Notes under the pieces: generated by a model
The model's input: the letters and a program-made list of their open reading frames with translations, nothing else
Database searches by the model: none
Told to the model about the DNA's origin: nothing
Virus record (IMG/VR): IMGVR_UViG_3300006919_000052
Coordinates: 339 to 64,338 of that record
Direction: 5' to 3' (one strand)
DNA length: 64,000 nt
Source: a virus
Taxonomy: Duplodnaviria; Caudoviricetes
Translations under genes and position numbers: made by a program
Shown here: piece by piece, positions 8,826-18,290 of the stretch
Layout: the number at the start of each line of letters is the position of its first letter
How positions within the stretch are numbered: position 1 is the first letter of the stretch

Positions 8826-8834
8826 ATATTTATA
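8826..8834 (+). promoter_or_regulatory. class II (late-type) promoter motif ATATTTATA
   Basis: 13 nt upstream of the ATG at 8848; motif recurs before many structural genes; another copy at 9411-9419. Confidence 0.6.
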
Positions 8835-8847
8835 ATAAAGATTAGTT

Positions 8848-9420
8848 ATGAAACATACTTTAAGATATAATCCTCTCCCTCAATGGAGACCTAATTTTAG
8901 CTTTAATTTTTATTTTTTCGGTTTAGTTGATTTATGCTTTGAATTAAGTAGTAGACTTGATATACCTAAACCAATGACTATGGTTGAAATAGGAAGTTAT
9001 AAAGGAGAATCTACTTCTATATTTGCTTCTTCGGGGATTTTTGAAAAAATTACTTGTATAGACCCCTTTGAAGGTGAAGAAGAAGCACTTATTTTACTTA
9101 ATGATGATTGGAGTAGGGTAAAAAAAGAATATTGGACTAATACTCGCCATTGGGATTTTATTAATTTAATTCAAGATTATAGTTATAAAGTAGTTAACCA
9201 ATTTAAAGATAATAGTTTAGATTTTGTTTACATAGATGGTAGCCATGAATATTTAGATGTTAAAAAAGATATTGAATTATATTTGCCTAAATGTAAAAAA
9301 GTAATTGGAGGGCATGATTATGATAGAAATGGAAATGTTGAAGTTTGTGATGCTGTAGATAAAGTTTTAGGGGGTCCTGATGTAGTTTTTAAAGATAGTA
9401 GTTGGGTTAAATATTTATAA
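8848..9420 (+). CDS. class I SAM-dependent methyltransferase (Methyltransf_24-like)
   Basis: VEIGSYKGEST, CIDPF, LDFVYIDGSHEY..VKKDI, IGGHDY. Confidence 0.9.
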   Translation: MKHTLRYNPLPQWRPNFSFNFYFFGLVDLCFELSSRLDIPKPMTMVEIGSYKGESTSIFASSGIFEKITCIDPFEGEEEALILLNDDWSRVKKEYWTNTRHWDFINLIQDYSYKVVNQFKDNSLDFVYIDGSHEYLDVKKDIELYLPKCKKVIGGHDYDRNGNVEVCDAVDKVLGGPDVVFKDSSWVKYL

Positions 9421-9435
9421 TTAGAATATGATTTT

Positions 9436-10134
9436 ATGAAAATACTGTTATTAACATACCCTTACCATTCTGTTCATTATTTTGGGAAAACTTTAGCTCA
9501 AGTTATGAACTATGATTTTATACAAGATCCTATGGACATTTCTTTATCTATATCTTCTTCATATTGGGAGGGGGATGGATATCATGAAGGTGTACGTCCT
9601 AGACCTTATATTTTTCCTAATAGTATCAATGATAATACCATTGTTACACATAATGTCAAATGGCATAAACTCCCAGGTAATAGAACGGAGAATACGTTTT
9701 TAAATGATTGGACTGGCTCATTCGATAAAGTTATAGCTTTAACTACTAATAATTTATCTTCCAGTGCTGAAGTTTATTTTACTACTGATTATTACACCAA
9801 TGTAAATAATACTGCTTATAAAGAATTTATAAGAAATAACTCGGGATATTATAGAAATAATTTGGCATATCAAGATGATATTGATGTTTGGGATGAAGCT
9901 AAGTTAAATAAATTAGAAGAATGCCATGAGTTCTTAGATGATTATATTTTATATAATAATATTACTTCTTCGGTAACAGATGATTTTATTGGTACAGAAA
10001 AAGGTAAAGATAATATCAATAATGTAATAAATACATGGGGATTAGATGATTGGGTTCCTATAGAAACTGATAATTTAGATAAGTATGCAGGTTTAATAGA
10101 TCATTGTTCTAATTGGGAAAGGAATATGTATTAA
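9436..10134 (+). CDS. hypothetical protein, possibly degenerate sulfotransferase-like fold
   Basis: 232 aa ORF; N-terminus only loosely resembles sulfotransferases, function uncertain. Confidence 0.5.
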   Translation: MKILLLTYPYHSVHYFGKTLAQVMNYDFIQDPMDISLSISSSYWEGDGYHEGVRPRPYIFPNSINDNTIVTHNVKWHKLPGNRTENTFLNDWTGSFDKVIALTTNNLSSSAEVYFTTDYYTNVNNTAYKEFIRNNSGYYRNNLAYQDDIDVWDEAKLNKLEECHEFLDDYILYNNITSSVTDDFIGTEKGKDNINNVINTWGLDDWVPIETDNLDKYAGLIDHCSNWERNMY

Positions 10135-10149
10135 AAATTATAATTAGTT

Positions 10150-10983
10150 ATGTTTTTGGGAGTTGATAAAATATATGTTATAAATTTACGCAGACATTCT
10201 TTAAGAAAAGAAAGAATAATCCAAAATTTAAATCCACTTAATATTAATTATAAGTTTATAGAGGCTATAGATTGGGTTAACTATAAAGATAATTTATCCT
10301 TTTTCCATAAATGTTTAGATAAATATTTTTTTGACCCTAATGCTTGGTTTAGTTATGGAATTATATGTTGTGCCTTATCTCATAGAAAAGCTTATAAAGA
10401 ATTTTTAGATTCAGGTGAAGAAACCGCTTTATTTTTGGAAGATGATGTAGAACCTACTAAATATTTCTCTAAATTTAATTTTCAAAGATTAAATAATGAT
10501 ATTAAAACATTAAATTGGGGAGTATGTTGGTTAGGAAAAAACCCAGAAACCATAGATACTTTATCTCATGTTAAAAATGATTTATATGAATATAATACTT
10601 TTAATAATCAACAATTTTCAGCACATGCCTATATTTTAAATAGGAAAAGTGCTCAATGGTTTTATGATAATACCAAAAAGTTAAAATATGCCGCCGATAT
10701 AAGATTAGAAATATGTCCCTTTAAAAATTTAACAGTTAAAGAATCATTATTTGTTCAAAGACATAAACTTTTATATAAAGATTATCAGTTTTTAAAGAAT
10801 AATAATTTAGTAGAATTTTTCCATAGTACTACAGAAGATGTAATTGGAGATACTAAAAGAGATGTAAATAAAATTATTAACAGTTACGTACATAAAGAAT
10901 TACCTATTAAAGAAATAAAACAAGAAAAAATATATTTTAATAACAAACCCCAAAAAGGGTATAAATTTTACTTAAATGAATAA
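10150..10983 (+). CDS. GT25 family glycosyltransferase
   Basis: IYVINLRR..LRKERI, FIEAID, CCALSH, LFLEDD, AHAYIL. Confidence 0.88.
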   Translation: MFLGVDKIYVINLRRHSLRKERIIQNLNPLNINYKFIEAIDWVNYKDNLSFFHKCLDKYFFDPNAWFSYGIICCALSHRKAYKEFLDSGEETALFLEDDVEPTKYFSKFNFQRLNNDIKTLNWGVCWLGKNPETIDTLSHVKNDLYEYNTFNNQQFSAHAYILNRKSAQWFYDNTKKLKYAADIRLEICPFKNLTVKESLFVQRHKLLYKDYQFLKNNNLVEFFHSTTEDVIGDTKRDVNKIINSYVHKELPIKEIKQEKIYFNNKPQKGYKFYLNE

Positions 10984-11809
10984 TACAATAATATATACTA
11001 CCTTTTACGTTAAAAACCCTGGATATGAATCACTAATATGGGAATGGTTAATTAGTTTAAGGACATTAGGGAAATATAAAGGAAAAATAATTATATTTGA
11101 TTACGGTATGCCTGAAGATTTAGTTACTAGATTAAATGGTTTTAAATTAGGAGCCCCTATTATTATACCTATAGAAGACCCGGCGGATTCTGGAACTATT
11201 TCTAATTGGAGAAATATAGATGTTATTCCACACCTAAAAAAATACAAAAATCATATGTTTGCTCATTTTGATGCTGATATATGGTTTCAAGAAGATGTTA
11301 ATTTACTATGGGAAGAATTAGAAGATACTAAAGGATGTTATGTTGGGGTTGAAATGGGTAGATCATGTAGATACAGAGGCCCAGAAGATAATATTGTTTT
11401 AGAAAAATATAACAATAATCAACATAAATTAGGAGGGTTTGTTTTTGGTGGATGGATTGGAGGAAAGTATAATTCATATCTTAATAAATTAAATCAAATG
11501 AAAGATTTATGGGATAATGATTGGGGAATTAGAGAGTGGGGAACAGACCAATGTATGATAACATATTTAGCGGATTTTGAAAAAGATAATTTAAATGGTA
11601 TTAAATATGGTTGTAGCTGGTATTTTTGTGATATAAGAGAGGATGGGATTTATGTTGATATGAGTAAATATCCAAACGAATCTCATGGAAAAAAAGTTAT
11701 TGGTGTACATATAATAGCATTTAATACTGTAGGAAATGAAAAAGAAGATGAATTTTTAAAATATAGATTTAAAACAAGATATCCAGAATTATGGAAAAAA
11801 CACCAGTAG
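10976..11809 (+). CDS. GT-A fold glycosyltransferase-like protein
   Basis: SLRTLG..IIIFDYG, HFDADIWFQ (DxD), WGTDQ. Confidence 0.7.
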   Translation: MNNTIIYTTFYVKNPGYESLIWEWLISLRTLGKYKGKIIIFDYGMPEDLVTRLNGFKLGAPIIIPIEDPADSGTISNWRNIDVIPHLKKYKNHMFAHFDADIWFQEDVNLLWEELEDTKGCYVGVEMGRSCRYRGPEDNIVLEKYNNNQHKLGGFVFGGWIGGKYNSYLNKLNQMKDLWDNDWGIREWGTDQCMITYLADFEKDNLNGIKYGCSWYFCDIREDGIYVDMSKYPNESHGKKVIGVHIIAFNTVGNEKEDEFLKYRFKTRYPELWKKHQ

Positions 11810-12810
11810 ATTTACAAAATAAATTATTTTATCATCCAGATAAATTAATAGAATTTTTCCAAACTGGTGATACTACACCTGTAACCTGGGAGTTAGATCC
11901 TACTAATCGTTGTAATCACAACTGTATAGGTTGCTATGCAGCAGGTGCTGGGGGTCGTACTAATGATGATTCATTAACGTGGGAACAGGCTAAATCTTAT
12001 GTAGATCAAGTATATGATTTAGGAGCTAAAGCTATAAACTTAACAGGAGGAGGAGATCCTATGGTTAATAAAATTACTCCACGTTTAATAGAATATATTA
12101 AATCTCTAGGAATGGATGTTGGTATGATTACTAATGGAACCATATTTACTGATAAATCTATTGATATAGTAGTTAAAAATTGTACATGGGTTAGAGTTAG
12201 TATGGATGGAGGTACACCTCATGTATATACAGAAATAAGAAAAGTACCAGAACGTCATTTTTATTTAGCTCTAGAAAATATGGCTAAATTAATAAAGAGG
12301 AGGAATGAATTAGGTACTAATTTAACTGTGGGTTCTGGGTTTTTAACTAGTGAATTAACAACACCTACATTAGTTAAATATGCTGAATTATGTAAAGAAG
12401 CAGGAATTAATTACATTCAAGTTAGACCTTTTCATAATGATTTTTCTATTCCATATAATATTGAAGAAACTTTAGCCTTACAAGATAGTAATTTTAAAGT
12501 ATATTATTCTAAACACAAGTATGATTCTTCATATGAAAAACAATATCCTAAATGTTTAGCCCAAACTTTAAGTGGTGTAATTAATGTACATTCTGTTTAT
12601 TTGTGTTGTCATTTTAGAGGCATAGAAACTAAAAAATTAGGGGATTTAAGAGAAAAAAATCTTTTAGAGATTTGGGCTGGTCGAAAAAGGCAAAATATAC
12701 TTGAAGAATTAAATCTTGACAAATGTATAGCCCATTGTAGATTAGATCTTGTTAATCGCCAATTAGATGAATTAGTTAATAAGCCTGCTGAACATAAAAA
12801 TTTTATCTAG
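11791..12810 (+). CDS. radical SAM enzyme with twitch/SPASM-like C-terminus
   Basis: CNHNCIGC, LTGGGDP, ITNG, VRVSMDG, YLCC...LGDL...EIW...CIAHC. Confidence 0.9.
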   Translation: MEKTPVDLQNKLFYHPDKLIEFFQTGDTTPVTWELDPTNRCNHNCIGCYAAGAGGRTNDDSLTWEQAKSYVDQVYDLGAKAINLTGGGDPMVNKITPRLIEYIKSLGMDVGMITNGTIFTDKSIDIVVKNCTWVRVSMDGGTPHVYTEIRKVPERHFYLALENMAKLIKRRNELGTNLTVGSGFLTSELTTPTLVKYAELCKEAGINYIQVRPFHNDFSIPYNIEETLALQDSNFKVYYSKHKYDSSYEKQYPKCLAQTLSGVINVHSVYLCCHFRGIETKKLGDLREKNLLEIWAGRKRQNILEELNLDKCIAHCRLDLVNRQLDELVNKPAEHKNFI

Positions 12811-13676
12811 CAACTTTGAATATAAGATATTTTTCCATCATTTTGGATTTGTATTACTCCAATTGGTTGTGCATTTGATGTATCTCTATATCCATAATAA
12901 AATCCTCCCCCAATAAATATTTGAGTTAGTTCTGGATCAGTATAAACAAAATTTCCAATTGATACATTAGACCAAAAATCATTTAAATAATAAGATGTTG
13001 CCGTTGTTAATGAGTTGCAAGCATCAGAAACTTTTGTTGCTGGAGCTGTTAGAGAATTTTTACGTGTTTGACCACTTGATATGGATGGTGTAATAGATGG
13101 TGTAATAGATGGAGTTATCGAAATAGAAGGTAATGGAGTATTTGAAATTGATATACTAGGTGTTATACTAGGTGTTAAAGATGGTGATATACTAATTGAT
13201 GGTGATATTGATGGAGTTAAACTAGGTGTCACAGACATTGTCTTAGTAGGAGATGGAGTTGGACTCACCCCTGTACTATCAGGTAATACTGTCATTTCAT
13301 AATCTCCTACACATCTAAAATATACTGATCCTACTGGAACATTTTGATTTGGAGTCCATTCAAATGTTGAAGTTTCTCCATATAAAATATATGAAAAAAT
13401 ATAATTACCATATCCACTTTCAGAAGAACTAATTAAACTGTGTAAATCAACTGGATTAGCATGAGTTCCTGAGGCATATTTAGGTGCTCCTTGATCGTAA
13501 AAACCCTTAGTATTTCTTACGGTTTCATATGTAAATGCACCTGAACCTGATAATCTAGTTTCACTAGAACTATTTGGTGGTCTTAAAAGTGTAAAAGTAT
13601 AAGTTTGTCCTGATACAAAACTGTAATCATTTAAACTACCAGATCCCCTTAATGCGGGTGCAGAATAATCAGCCAT
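12807..13676 (-). CDS. putative virion protein: beta-rich domain, Ser/Thr/Pro stalk, two-Cys tip domain
   Basis: TPSISPSISISPSLTPSITPS tract, then SDAC...IGNFVY...GFYY...IQNDGKISYIQSC; class II motif upstream. Confidence 0.8.
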   Translation of the reverse strand: MADYSAPALRGSGSLNDYSFVSGQTYTFTLLRPPNSSSETRLSGSGAFTYETVRNTKGFYDQGAPKYASGTHANPVDLHSLISSSESGYGNYIFSYILYGETSTFEWTPNQNVPVGSVYFRCVGDYEMTVLPDSTGVSPTPSPTKTMSVTPSLTPSISPSISISPSLTPSITPSISISNTPLPSISITPSITPSITPSISSGQTRKNSLTAPATKVSDACNSLTTATSYYLNDFWSNVSIGNFVYTDPELTQIFIGGGFYYGYRDTSNAQPIGVIQIQNDGKISYIQSC

Positions 13677-13689
13677 ATTTAAATTTTGT

Positions 13690-13698
13690 TATAAATAT
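13690..13698 (-). promoter_or_regulatory. class II promoter motif ATATTTATA
   Basis: + strand TATAAATAT, 13 nt upstream of the minus-strand start at 13676. Confidence 0.65.
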
Positions 13699-13730
13699 AT
13701 AAAAAAAAAACAAAGACGATGCACAGGAGA

Positions 13731-13760
13731 CTTGGCTACCCAGGATAGGGTTCGTATATT
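13731..13760 (+). promoter_or_regulatory. class I promoter CTTGG-N17-CGTATATT
   Basis: near-identical to 4338-4403 including GATAGGGTTCGTATATTCACGGTATATTAATAA. Confidence 0.85.
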
Positions 13761-13791
13761 CACGGTATATTAATAATTAAAAATAAAGGTT

Positions 13792-14082
13792 ATGGTAAAT
13801 TTAAAAGAAGTATTAGATTTTATTAAGAGTGCAGATCAATCAGAAATTAATGCAATTAAAAATGCAGTTGCTATTAAAAGATCAGAATTAGCTTATGATG
13901 CTAAAGTATCATTTAGAGTAGGTGATATAGTAGGTATTAATCATAAGAAAATTGATCCTAAGCAAAATTTTAGAGTTATTAAAATTAATAGTAAGAATAT
14001 TAAAGTTCAAGCTAGTGATGTTGGTGATGGTAGAATAGGTGGTCAATATACAGTTTCTCCAAGTTTATTAGTTAAAAAATAA
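13792..14082 (+). CDS. hypothetical early protein (SH3/KOW-like C-terminus)
   Basis: FRVGDIV...RVIKINSKNIKV...YTVSPSLL. Confidence 0.75.
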   Translation: MVNLKEVLDFIKSADQSEINAIKNAVAIKRSELAYDAKVSFRVGDIVGINHKKIDPKQNFRVIKINSKNIKVQASDVGDGRIGGQYTVSPSLLVKK

Positions 14083-14103
14083 TTGAAAGTAATGCACAGG
14101 TAG

Positions 14104-14133
14104 CTTGGCTCCCCAGGCTACCTTTCGTATATT
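14104..14133 (+). promoter_or_regulatory. class I promoter CTTGG-N17-CGTATATT
   Basis: shares ATGCACAGG upstream and CACGGTATATTAATAATTAAAAAT downstream with the 13731 copy. Confidence 0.85.
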
Positions 14134-14166
14134 CACGGTATATTAATAATTAAAAATCAAGGTCAT

Positions 14167-14976
14167 ATGTTAAATTTAGAATCAAGTAAGTTTTTAGGAA
14201 AAAAAGAGTTAAGTGAAATCGCTCCAAGTATTTTCACAATGAAACCAGCAAATACTGTTTCGGATAAGTACACACATATTCCAACTGAAAGAGTAATTGA
14301 TGATATGGAATTAATGGGTTGGAAGCCTGTTGATGCCAAAGAAGTTAAAGCAAGAACTGAAGATACACGAGGTGTTCAAAAGCATTTAGTTGTTTTTAGA
14401 AATAATGATGTTGTTATTAATGGTGAAGATGGAGATACAGTTTTTCCTCAAATATTAATTACTAATTCTCATGATGGTAAGAATGCTTTCCAATTTACAG
14501 CTGGGTTATTTAGAATGATTTGTGAAAATGGTTTAGTTATAGCTACAGATGAATTTGAAGATTTGAAAATGCGTCATATGGGTTATACGTTTGAAGATTT
14601 GCAAATACTAATTAGAGGTATGGTTGAGAAATTACCTTTAACAGTAGAAGCAATGAATAAAATGAAAGAAGTAGAATTACAAGAAGAGCAAATGTTTAAT
14701 CTTGCTAAATCATTTCTAGATATTAGAGTAGAAGGTACGAAAAATACTTTTGATAACCAAGCAATTGAGGATGTTTTAGAATCTCAACGTAAAAAAGATG
14801 AAGGTAATATGCTTTGGGAAGTATTTAATAGAGTTCAAGAAAATATTATTGAAGGTAATTTTGAATATAGAACCCCTTCAGGAAAATTACGTCAAGCTAG
14901 AATTATTAAGAATTTTAAGCAAGATCAAGAAGTAAATAAAAAAATGTTTAGTAAAGCATTGGAATTAGTAGCATAA
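14167..14976 (+). CDS. DUF932/DUF945 family protein
   Basis: APSIF...SDKYTHIPT, KHLVVFR, ITNSHDG, AGLFRMICENGL, LWEVFNRVQENII. Confidence 0.85.
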   Translation: MLNLESSKFLGKKELSEIAPSIFTMKPANTVSDKYTHIPTERVIDDMELMGWKPVDAKEVKARTEDTRGVQKHLVVFRNNDVVINGEDGDTVFPQILITNSHDGKNAFQFTAGLFRMICENGLVIATDEFEDLKMRHMGYTFEDLQILIRGMVEKLPLTVEAMNKMKEVELQEEQMFNLAKSFLDIRVEGTKNTFDNQAIEDVLESQRKKDEGNMLWEVFNRVQENIIEGNFEYRTPSGKLRQARIIKNFKQDQEVNKKMFSKALELVA

Positions 14977-15611
14977 TGAGAAAGTTAATTTACATAACCT
15001 TAATAAGTTTCCTTTGGGCATGTAGCCCAGAGGAGCTTATTTCACCTTATCCTTGTTTAGGAGGTGATTGTGAAACCTTTTTTGAAATAGACCCACTTGT
15101 ATCGCCTGGTGTATACCAGGATAATAATGGTTATTGGCACATTACGCATAATGATATTCAGTATTTTACTATAAAAGGAATTACTAGCGAATTACACCCT
15201 GATTATATGGTAAATGGGGTTCCTCAGATTGAAACTATATTTGATTCTGATTATTGGGTGTGGATTGATGGTTTAACTTTCACAGTACCGTTATATAGCG
15301 TTTTAGGATTTTTTACCAGTGGAGATTACACAAACCCAATTCCTGTTGGTAATTTAACGTATACTATACAGGATATGGCTATAAATCACCCACCACTAAA
15401 TATAGTAGGTTATTCAATTAACCCAGATGTTTGCTTGGATTGTCCTTATTTTGAAACATTAATTGGTACTAGAAGTAAATATAATACTCATCCAAAGCAA
15501 CAAATATTTTTTGATAATCAAATGGCAGGTGATACTACTAAAGTTTTTGTTAAAACTATATTTAATGGAGATATTGAAATAGAAAAAGAATTTAAAATTA
15601 TATTCGAATGA
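14976..15611 (+). CDS. putative lipoprotein
   Basis: MRKLIYITLISFLWA-C signal II lipobox. Confidence 0.7.
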   Translation: MRKLIYITLISFLWACSPEELISPYPCLGGDCETFFEIDPLVSPGVYQDNNGYWHITHNDIQYFTIKGITSELHPDYMVNGVPQIETIFDSDYWVWIDGLTFTVPLYSVLGFFTSGDYTNPIPVGNLTYTIQDMAINHPPLNIVGYSINPDVCLDCPYFETLIGTRSKYNTHPKQQIFFDNQMAGDTTKVFVKTIFNGDIEIEKEFKIIFE

Positions 15612-16078
15612 AAAAATTAACAGTCCAAGAAGCTAAAAAATTTATTCCATTAAAAGAAAACTATGGAAACACGGATTTAGAACACGCTAAATATTTTACA
15701 TTAACATCCAGTAAAAGAGGTGAGGGATGGGAAGATGTAACGTATTATACGGATAAAAAATATGGTTTATACGCGGATAAAGGAAATGGAGATCAATGGG
15801 TATATGTTTTATCTAATCCTTCATCTCCGGGTTTATTAAAAATAGGATATACTAAAAAACTACCAGAAGAGAGAGCTAAGCAAATATCCTCAGCAACAGG
15901 TGTTGCTTTACCTTATAAAGTAGAATGGGCTTATCAATGTTTTAATGGTGAGACTGTTGAAAGAGAAGTACATCATAAATTAAAATCACAAAGAGTAAAT
16001 AATAATAAAGAATTTTTTCAAATTAATTTGGAAGAAGCAAAAGAAGTAATTAACTTAATTGGAAATAAATTTAAATAA
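15608..16078 (+). CDS. T5orf172/MUG113-type GIY-YIG domain protein
   Basis: WVYVLSNPS.PGLLKIGYT..PEERAKQ..TGV..P, EREVH..L..RV...KEFF. Confidence 0.88.
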   Translation: MKKLTVQEAKKFIPLKENYGNTDLEHAKYFTLTSSKRGEGWEDVTYYTDKKYGLYADKGNGDQWVYVLSNPSSPGLLKIGYTKKLPEERAKQISSATGVALPYKVEWAYQCFNGETVEREVHHKLKSQRVNNNKEFFQINLEEAKEVINLIGNKFK

Positions 16079-16079
16079 C

Positions 16080-16286
16080 ATGAAAGAATTAAAATTAACA
16101 AAAGAGCAAATTCAAAATAATAGAAAATCAGATTTAATTCAGGATTTAATGGCTACAGGTACCGTAATGGATGAACTATGGAATTACCACCCAGAAAACC
16201 CTAATAAAAAAGATATTGTTGATGAGTATAATGTTCTTAAGGCAATTCAAACACAAATAGAAGATGAATTAGCAGAATTAAAATAA
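16080..16286 (+). CDS. hypothetical protein (likely start 16080)
   Basis: MKELKLTKEQ...ELWNYHPENPNK. Confidence 0.7.
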   Translation: MKELKLTKEQIQNNRKSDLIQDLMATGTVMDELWNYHPENPNKKDIVDEYNVLKAIQTQIEDELAELK

Positions 16287-16308
16287 ATTATCTACATATG
16301 TATAATTG

Positions 16309-16482
16309 ATGAAAGAATTTAATGCCAAATTAGTAGAAGAATATGGTTATAAAGCTCATAGGAGTGGGTTTTTTAGAGAATGGCAAAGATTGACATCATC
16401 TATTAGTGAAAATGAAGACATTAACTATGCCGATGCTGCTGAAAAAGCATTTAATCATTTAAAATTGGTAGGGAGTGAATAA
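16309..16482 (+). CDS. hypothetical protein (57 aa)
   Basis: MKEFNAKLVEEYGYKAH...; preceded by ATATGTATA at 16296-16304. Confidence 0.6.
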   Translation: MKEFNAKLVEEYGYKAHRSGFFREWQRLTSSISENEDINYADAAEKAFNHLKLVGSE

Positions 16483-16894
16483 AGATAAAATTTTTGAATT
16501 ATTCGATGATGAAACTATTATTGAAAAAGATAATAAAGATTTGGCTTCCTTTAATGCTAGTCCATATCATAAATTAGGTATGTTTACTAAATTAATAGTT
16601 AACCATTTTGTTTTTCATCATAAATTAGAAAAATTTCTCCAAAAAGAACAACCATCATACAACTCAGAATCAACACGTGAGGCATCTTCATTTGTAGTAT
16701 TTAATAGAGCTTGGAATTACCTTAAACAAGTTAATATAGAAGATAAAAACCACCAACGTGCTGTATTGGATTTTAATCCTAAAATATTAAATAAAACTTT
16801 GGAAAGTGCACTCTTATATTTCCAAGATAGTGAAGAATACAGGAAATGTGCACATATTTTCAAGATACAACAAATTATAAGAGAAAGAAAATAA
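16475..16894 (+). CDS. hypothetical protein (GTG start)
   Basis: 139 aa; C-terminal ALLYFQDSEEYRKCAHI helix. Confidence 0.75.
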   Translation: MNKDKIFELFDDETIIEKDNKDLASFNASPYHKLGMFTKLIVNHFVFHHKLEKFLQKEQPSYNSESTREASSFVVFNRAWNYLKQVNIEDKNHQRAVLDFNPKILNKTLESALLYFQDSEEYRKCAHIFKIQQIIRERK

Positions 16895-16897
16895 TAG

Positions 16898-16927
16898 CTA
16901 GGCTATACTATCCCTTCTACGTACCTT
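16898..16927 (+). promoter_or_regulatory. class I promoter variant CTAGG-N17-CGTACCTT
   Basis: exact 17-nt spacing; followed by a G-rich leader. Confidence 0.55.
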
Positions 16928-17024
16928 AATATCACAGGGTTTTAGAAAAATGGGATAATAGGGGTAGGAATAAAGGCATAATAATTAGGGTTAAGGGATA
17001 CCCTGTTTTAAATATAAATAAGTC

Positions 17025-17222
17025 ATGAGAAATAGAAAATTAGCACACAAAAAATTAGATAGATTAGATACAATTCTAATTACTCTCCAACAAATTGTAA
17101 ATCGCCAATCTCCAATTGAACAGTACAAAATTAATATTGGAAAAGCTCAGGGTATAATTGAGGATTTAAGGGATATGGTAGAAAGAGAACCAATGTCTCC
17201 AGACGAAATGAATAAAATATAA
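17025..17222 (+). CDS. hypothetical helical protein
   Basis: 65 aa ORF after the structured leader. Confidence 0.75.
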   Translation: MRNRKLAHKKLDRLDTILITLQQIVNRQSPIEQYKINIGKAQGIIEDLRDMVEREPMSPDEMNKI

Positions 17223-17235
17223 ATAAATAAAGGTT

Positions 17236-18012
17236 ATGAAATTAACAGCAGAACAAATCCAACAAAATTGGATAGAATTTTTATCAAACATTGAACAACA
17301 TATTACTGGTGATAGAAAAGATAAATTACTAGAATTTTATAAGAAATATGAGGAGCGTATTATATTAATGCCAGCGGCTCATAAGAAAGAATACCACAAT
17401 GCTTTCCCAGGGGGTTATGTAGAACACGTAAATAGAGTAGTAAAAGCCTCATTATCATTTAGTGCATTATGGGAGGGATTTGGCGCAGATATGTCTACTT
17501 TTACTCAGGAAGAACTTGTTTTTTCTGCTATTAATCATGATTTAGGAAAAATGGGAGATGAAGTAAACGAATCTTATATACCCCAGACTGATCAATGGAG
17601 GAAAGATAAATTAGGGGAAGATTATATGTTTAATAAAAAAGTACCATTTGCAGCAGTTCCAGATCGTGGGTTATTTTTATTACAATCCCATGGTATACAG
17701 TATACATTTAATGAAATGTTAGCTATTCAAACCCATGATGGGTTATATGATGAGGGGAATAAGAAGTATCTATTCGCTTTTATGCCAGAACAAAAACCAC
17801 GTACCAGCTTACCATTTATTTTACACCAAGCAGATTTAATGGCCGCCCGTATAGAGTTTGAAAAGGAATGGTTACCTAAATTAAATGGACAAAATAGCGT
17901 GGATACCAAAAAGAAGAATTATACATTGAAGGGGAACATAAAGTCATCCAAATCCAAGGCACTAAATACAATTTCAAGTCCTGGATTAAAGAATATGTTA
18001 GATAGTTTATGA
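17236..18012 (+). CDS. HD-domain phosphohydrolase (YhaM-like)
   Basis: PAAH..YHNAFPGGYVEH, NHDLGK, AIQTHDG, ILHQAD. Confidence 0.88.
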   Translation: MKLTAEQIQQNWIEFLSNIEQHITGDRKDKLLEFYKKYEERIILMPAAHKKEYHNAFPGGYVEHVNRVVKASLSFSALWEGFGADMSTFTQEELVFSAINHDLGKMGDEVNESYIPQTDQWRKDKLGEDYMFNKKVPFAAVPDRGLFLLQSHGIQYTFNEMLAIQTHDGLYDEGNKKYLFAFMPEQKPRTSLPFILHQADLMAARIEFEKEWLPKLNGQNSVDTKKKNYTLKGNIKSSKSKALNTISSPGLKNMLDSL

Positions 18013-18284
18013 TAACAGAAATAATAATAGGAATTTTAGGTTTTTTAGTCGTTGTCTTAGGATATACGACTTTTAACCTTTTGAGAAAAAATGAACAAGC
18101 AGAAGATATTATTGTTTCTCAATCCGATTTTTTAAATAAATTATCATCTCACTTAGATGAATCCCAAAAACGTTTAGATGAAATTGATGAAAAGGGAGCA
18201 TTTAAAAGTGACGATGAAATAGGTTGGTTTTTTAATGAAATAAAGGTTTTACAAAAAGGTTTATCTCAATTTAAAATTGACTAA
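18009..18284 (+). CDS. single-TM coiled-coil protein
   Basis: N-terminal TM, then FKSDDEIGWFF. Confidence 0.75.
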   Translation: MITEIIIGILGFLVVVLGYTTFNLLRKNEQAEDIIVSQSDFLNKLSSHLDESQKRLDEIDEKGAFKSDDEIGWFFNEIKVLQKGLSQFKID

Positions 18285-18290
18285 TAATTT

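Noticed and set aside
13081-13302. 73-aa plus-strand ORF (DGVIDGVI...)
   Set aside because: Antisense shadow of the stalk in 12807-13676.
13701-13710. A10 tract as a phase-variation switch
   Set aside because: Lies between two divergent promoters but outside their spacers, and such runs are expected at this AT content.
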